The position numbers and the translations under genes were made by a program. The notes under the pieces were generated by a model, which had not been told where the DNA came from, ran no database searches, and worked only from the letters and a program-made list of their open reading frames with translations. A stretch of DNA of 63,815 bases, filler included, from Cercozoa sp. M6MM (Eukaryota; Protista; Endomyxa: Ascetosporea), in the NCBI GenBank assembly GCA_040357565.1. It is 11 parts of 11 records of this genome, joined end to end, with 100 filler letters (N's around TTAATTAATTAA, not from the genome) between each part and the next. Parts side by side here need not be neighbours in the genome. Positions count along the whole stretch, not along the records: positions 52,426 to 58,520 come from JBDODJ010000790.1; positions 58,621 to 63,815 come from JBDODJ010000951.1; 9 more parts are not named here. One strand, given 5' to 3'. Below, piece by piece: positions 57,909-63,815 of this stretch; the stretch's first letter is position 1, and the number at the start of each line of letters is the position of its first letter.

Positions 57909-58520
57909 TTAGTTTCTTTGGATGCCGAAGAGTTCGCGCACCTGCTGCAGCGTGAGGTTGCCCTGCCCGATGTGCACCGGCAGTCGTCCGTCGGTCGTGA
58001 TTCCAGCCAGGTCCTCCTGTGCACACAGACCATCAGTCTCTCTCTCTCTCTCTCTCTCTCCCCCCTCTTTCTCTCTATCTTTCTGGAGGCGAGACTACCT
58101 TGTGCTGCTGCACATTGAGGATCTTGGCCTCGATGGAGTTGGCGCGATCATTGAAGAGACGGTGAATGTGCACCGGTCGCTCCTATCCCAGACGGTAGAT
58201 CCGATCGATACTCTCTGTGCCACAAAGGGAGGAGAGGTAAGGACAGCAATACATGGGAGAGGGGGACAAGAAAGCTACGTCTGTCCACAGCAGGATTCCA
58301 CCAGGGCTCCACCAGCACCAGATGATTGGCCGAGAACAAGTTCACGCCCACGTCCACCGTCTGTCTGCACAAGTCACACGGGGGGGGGGGGGCGTAGGAC
58401 TGATAGGAGTAGACAGTACAAGGCTTACTTGACAGCGAGGAAGACGGCAAAGCTGTCGAGCGCGTTGAATTCGCTGATTCGCTCCTGCCGCAGCCGACCG
58501 TTGACATCGCCCGTGACTGC
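57909..58520 (-). CDS. SNF2 helicase C-terminal lobe (Rad5/Rad16-like), 5' partial
   Basis: GVNLFSANHLVLVEPWWNPAVD/QSIDRIYRLGQERPVHIHRL..SIEAKIL. Confidence 0.85.
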
Positions 58521-58827
58521 NNNNNNNNNNNNNNNNNNNNNNNNNNNNNNNNNNNNNNNNNNNNTTAATTAATTAANNNNNNNNNNNNNNNNNNNNNNNN
58601 NNNNNNNNNNNNNNNNNNNNCCCCCCCCCCCCCCCCCCGGCCGATCGGGCATCATCGGATACTCCAGTCGAAAGTCGGTCTCGGTAGTCTGACTGTGAAC
58701 TCCGTCCGTCAACAATAAACTAACGAGTGCGTGACAGTGACTGAGTGAAATTCCCACGACAGATTCAGTTGTGCATAAGTTTTTATGTATAAATTTACAA
58801 GCTCCTCTGCACTGGAAGTTGGAGCAC

Positions 58828-60193
58828 TCATTCAGATCCAAGAGAATGACTCGGATGCACTGGAAGTTTGGTGCCGCTGTGTATGGCGGTGTAGATCTCT
58901 TGCAAGATTCGCTTTTGTTCGAGAAGCTGCTGCTCGAGTTGCTTGGATTTCCGAGCGTGTTCGCACTGCCGTAGCAAATGTTCGAGGTTTGTCGCCTGTG
59001 TCGTTGCACCTTTTGCGCTTGACGAACCGGAAGAAGTTGTTGTTGAAGCTGGGTGCATCTGCCTCACTTCCAAATCAAAAACTGTGCGCGTCGGTGTAGT
59101 TGAACGTGCTTTCAAGTTTCTGTGTGCTGGTTTTTCGGTTTTAATTGTTTGCCTTCGCCGAGGTTTTGTCTTTGACTGGTGTAGTGCAGCTGCGCTTGTA
59201 ATATCCTCAGCTTTTAATGTCTCGTCACTCAGCTGAAGGTTTCGAATTCTTGCTGTGGCGTCTTTCATTGCACTCGCTGGTTTTGGGGAGGGTGGCGGCG
59301 AGGATACTCGCGTCGGTACTTGAGCGCCGCACAGAAGCTGCACGGAGAGAAAGTTGTTCAACGAGGCATTTGCTTGTTTCCACAGACTTGGGATGTCCTT
59401 TTTTGGCTCCTCCGAATCAGCATACAGCTCTCCAGGCGCAGATGCGTCAATCACTTTGTTGCAATCCTTCAACAGAAATCAACCGGCAAATCATGCGCAT
59501 ATAACATCCACCCACTGTATTTCATATGTTAGAGCGCTGTAAATTTACGTCAAGCAAGCTTCCGACCCCGCAAATGAACTCCGCCTGCGAAGGAGCATTT
59601 AGCCGTTGTTCAAGTCGCACAGACAACCGTCGAAGAGGAACGAGTGCGAGTTCTTGGTCGTTGATGCGAGCAGAAAGTTCCTTTTCGCGTGCATCTACTG
59701 CCCTGCTCACTAGCACTTCGGCCCGGCTGCTCAATTCGCGAATTTGCAGCTGTTTACGAAAAGCACCGATATGCCGATAGACCACTGGCACATGGACAAC
59801 TGGCGACGTCGGGGAAATGGTAATTTACCTGCAATTTGGCAGTTTTCACTCTAAGCTTTTGCAGCTGTGTTTGGTGCCAGCTTTGCAGCTGCTGATGTTT
59901 CGTTCGAAGTTTCTCTCTGGAATTTTCGTGCTCACGTACTTTGAGTGTGATAATTTCGCGAGCTTGCGCCACTTCGTGCCTTCGCCTCTCGTGCAACCGT
60001 GACAAAGCGCTTACAAAACTCGGGTCTGTTTGAAGACTTTCGAGCTGTCGTGGCAGCAAGCTAACCAAAGAATCCAAATGCGTATCCTAATAGCTGGGAG
60101 GCTAAGCTTAGTGGAGGTCCTTTATCTATTGACTTTTTACGAGGTCAGTGACGCTGAATTGACACTTTTTGCTTGACTGTAGCTCCCACTCAT
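58828..60193 (-). CDS. Hypothetical coiled-coil protein
   Basis: Consecutive minus-strand ORFs 59754-60077, 59522-59791 and 58828-59472 with intron-like gaps. E/Q/K/R-rich helices. Confidence 0.5.
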
Positions 60194-60381
60194 TGAACAC
60201 CAGGCAGGCCGCAGAACTTCTGTCTCTAGAACATCGTGCAAGCTTACTCTCTGGGTGGTATGTCTCTGAAAGCTCAGATTCAGAAGTTTGCAGTTTCGCA
60301 CTCCACGAGGAAGTGGAGACAAATGCGGGAATATGACAGAGAATTCTTGGTGAGTCTAGAGTGTTCTTGGGGTTGATTCAC

Positions 60382-62681
60382 ATGGAGTTGAGCTACGAGT
60401 ACACCAAGTACGTTTTTGTTTGTCTGCAGCGTGCACTCCAATTCGCTTTTCTGCCCAGTTTTCCTCGCTTTTCCGGATAAGTCCGAGCGGGAAATGACTT
60501 TGTTGTAGGAAGCGGCGCCAGTTTGGCGTCCATCCGCAGTTCGTCGACAGTGATGTCCTGGACATTTGTAACATCGCATCGCGGCCTGTCGAAGAATTTG
60601 AACACTTATGGGTTCGACGAGAACGCATCGATCGCGAAGTGCACAACACACAGAACCGATCCGAACACGCAGCGAACACTGACCCATTTATCCAAGCGAG
60701 CACCGGCATGATGCACCAAGAAGGTGGGTGGCCTAACGAGGTCGATACTGCAGATTTTCAAGAAAAAGCTCGTTTCGTTCGAAAGATCGACGCGGATGTG
60801 TCATTCAAGGAGGTGGCGAAACGCCTCGCTCTAATATGCGCTGACGTGGTGCAGGAATGCAACACAATCGATCTCTTCGAGCAGTACTTTGCAGATATCG
60901 ACGAAAAGCATACAGCCGCTCCGCCTAAAGTGTCTTCTATCGCTTTCTTTAAGTACATTCCCCCTTAGCACGACTAGTGTTTGCCTATTATTCATAAACC
61001 CACTGAGCAGAGATCCTGCGCGTGGCGACGAGAAGCAAGGGCCTCGGCAAATCTGCGACTTCAGCTGGCATCCCGACGGCTCGGCAAGATTTGCCGCCGC
61101 TTACGGTTCCAAGACCTTTGATCCGACTGAAGAAACTCATTCTGCTCCAACACATCGAAAGCTGTACGAAAGCTACCTGTGGGACTGCAACCGCTTGACC
61201 GAACCACTGCAGAAGATTGTGGCGGAATACTCTCCACTGACTTCGCTGCAGTTCAACCCGAAGCACAGTGACACTCTTGCAGGCGGAAGACGCGACGGAT
61301 GCGTGGCAGTGTGGGACATTCGTCAAGGCCCCGAGGCGATCGCGCAGTCTCTCTTCAACAAATCGCATGAGTATCCTGTGACTGCGGTCTCTTGGACACA
61401 AAGTCGTTCCGGTCCTGAGATTGTGTCGACTAGTACCGACGGCAGAATACTCTGGTGGGATACACGAAACCTTACAGCAGGGCCGATTGACGAATTCGAG
61501 CTTGAAAAGGAGCTTGCCATTTCGAAAGAAGAGAAACAACGAAGAAAAAGAATGGAGGCAAAGCGCAAGAAGGCGTTGGCTCAAGGCATTGGGCTGGAGG
61601 AAGAAAAAGCAGCACCTTTCATCAAGATGCCGAAGGGTCATGTTGACCTTGACGTCGAGCTTTTTAAAACAGACGATACTTACTGGCCGACGTGCCTTGA
61701 CTATGTGCCAGCGGCAGGTCCAATGCGTTACCTGGTTGGCAGTTTCCAGCGCACGCTTTTGTCGCTCGAACGCAAGATGCAGACAAAGGACGAGGTGACC
61801 ACGTATGTGAAGGTTGTCAAAAGTCACTTTGGCAATGGTTTTTGGAAACACACCGACTACGTACGCTCGTTACAACGCAACCCACATTCGTTCAAACACA
61901 TTCTCACATGCGGAGACTGGAGTGTGAGAATGTGGGAGGAAGGCCTCACCGAACCTCTTTGGAGTTCGCCTTCGTATTCGTGTCCGATCTACGACGCACG
62001 TTGGAGTCCCGCCAGACCAGGTGTGTTCATGGCAGCGCGCGGTGACGGCACGCTCGACATTTGGGACTGGCTATACCGTCAGGAAGCGCCGGTGATGCCA
62101 GTGAAAATCAGTGACAGTCCCATCACACGCGTATCATGGCATCGCAGTGGCAAGATTGGTGTCGCGGGTACAGCGGCTGGCAACATCAGTGTTCTTGAGT
62201 TCAACGAAACGCTCTACGAGATGCGTCTCAACGAGAAAGCCGTTGTCGCTTCGGTAGCGACATTTTTACAAATTGTGAAAAGCAACTTGATGAATTCGCC
62301 TGTGTAAAGTGCTTCGATCGCGAAGCCCGTAGGGTGAAGAACGGAGAATTGAGAGACGCCAGGGTGCGTAAAGAAACCGAGGTGGCCGAGAAGAAGCGCG
62401 CACAGGCGGCAACAATCGAAAATCAACGTGTCGAGGAGATGCAAGCCGCGCAAGAAAAATGGCAGCAGGCTGCAAGCAACTCAAGCTCCACCGTCGACAC
62501 TCTACTTGGAGAGTGGCTCCGAGAGGTTGTCAGCAGCACTGACAAGCAAATCGGTGACTTGCGGGGACAGTTCGAGCAACTTGACACGAAGCTCGGCGAG
62601 GCAGGAGACAAGGCCAGGGACCTTATCACATCGCCCACCAGTGAGCCCCGGCAGACCCAGCAGCACGAAGGACCTCATTAA
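60382..62681 (+). CDS. DNAI2: Axonemal outer-arm dynein intermediate chain 2 (WD40)
   Basis: MELSYEYTK/KRRQFG, GMMHQEGGWP, FSWHPDG, SYLWD, LQFNPK, STSTDG..WWDTR, LQRNP..LTCGDWSVRMW, WSPARPGVF. Confidence 0.92.
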
Positions 62682-62964
62682 TTCTGTGACTTTATTCAGA
62701 CCGATCTAAAACAAACTCAAAATCTACAATTGTCCACACTGTGCACATCGCCACATCATTGCAGCGGACCAGTATTTAAAAAAAAGAAGCACAGAGCAGC
62801 TGCAAGTTTTACAGTACCGAACTGTGGCGTCGCTTCAAGAGATGATGGCTACACACAAATAATAAAGAAGTACAGTAGTGCAGCTGTTTAAGACGCTCGC
62901 GGGGTTTGGAACGTGATAGTACGAGTGTGTGTAGCGTAGAGTATCATAACGCTATCTCGGCAAG

Positions 62965-63667
62965 ATGCTACACTTCCGTCAGCTCCAGGTATGCTTGAGT
63001 TTGGTAAATTTGTGTGCTCTCGCGATTCAAATTGTAAATAGGCGGAGGACATGCTCGCGTTGCAACACTGCAACTTGCTGTGTCTCCCAGAGGTAAAATG
63101 TTTTTGCACTAGTGGTCACATAGTGTGTACTAGTGTATGTGTGTACACCAGAACTACCGCCAGCAATACTGGCTTTACCACTTCATGACGTGGCCGCAGC
63201 TGTCGTGGTGCGCCGAGGTCGACGGTCGCATCGTTGGCTACGTGCTTGCCATGATGAATGATGTACAGTACTGCATTTCGGTGCGGGAGAGATGTACATA
63301 TGCGTATGTGCAGAGTCCGCCTCGGTGCGCGCACGTGACGTCGCTTGCCGTGCTGCGCTCGCACCGCAAGCAGGGCATTGCCTCGGCACTGATGCGCCTG
63401 TCGCGTGAGTTATTCCTCTTTCCGTGAGATGTGTTTTCTTGTATGCCTGTGTCTCAGTGAGAGAAATGGCGAGGGCGCATGACGCAGACCAGGTTACTCT
63501 GCACGGTACCGCTGACTGCATTTATTTAAGTGGTGGCACTGTCGCGTTGAAGGGATGAATGCCCCGCAGTGAGAGAGAGCAACGTTGCTGCTCTGCACCT
63601 GTACAAGAAGACGCTGCAGTTCGAGGTGAAGGAGGTCTCGCAAGCCTACTACGCCGACGGAGAGAAG
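62965..63667 (+). CDS. NAA10: N-alpha-acetyltransferase 10 (ARD1), 3' partial
   Basis: [76 protein letters not shown]. Confidence 0.95.
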
Positions 63668-63698
63668 TACCGTGTCAGTGTCCGTGTCGATGTGTTAT

Positions 63699-63815
<117 letters not shown>

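Overview
Eukaryotic (protist-like) genomic DNA in the standard genetic code. It consists of about 11 short contigs joined by artificial 100-nt spacers (N44-TTAATTAATTAA-N44), so gene order across spacers is not evidence of synteny. The window is gene-dense with many short (about 50-150 nt) GT-AG introns, often filled with microsatellites. Genes recognised by manual splicing: a two-LIM protein, mitochondrial uL22, a PH protein, an atypical G-alpha, SDHAF4, a GPI-type surface protein, HSP20, MDH1-type malate dehydrogenase with a PTS2, GAPDH, a giant NZF/SPRY/HECT E3, eIF4E, eIF2B-epsilon, RPN2, a sorting nexin, ARL2, an AAAP amino-acid transporter, an ALK/LTK-type glycine-rich protein, two SNF2 fragments, a Ubc4-like E2, DNAI2 and NAA10. 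Together these imply a flagellated, aerobic organism with peroxisomes. Most notable observations: a kinase-less ALK/LTK-like Gly-rich domain protein; a PTS2-tagged MDH head-to-head with GAPDH; a G-alpha with large insertions; a GTRY donor consensus with weak +5G; TTTACCCC-type intron filler; CpA/TpG-depleted intergenic patches; and a small TGTTACTGC-ended dispersed element found on two contigs. I found no clearly new multi-gene system. Gene models and counts were made by eye and need computational confirmation.
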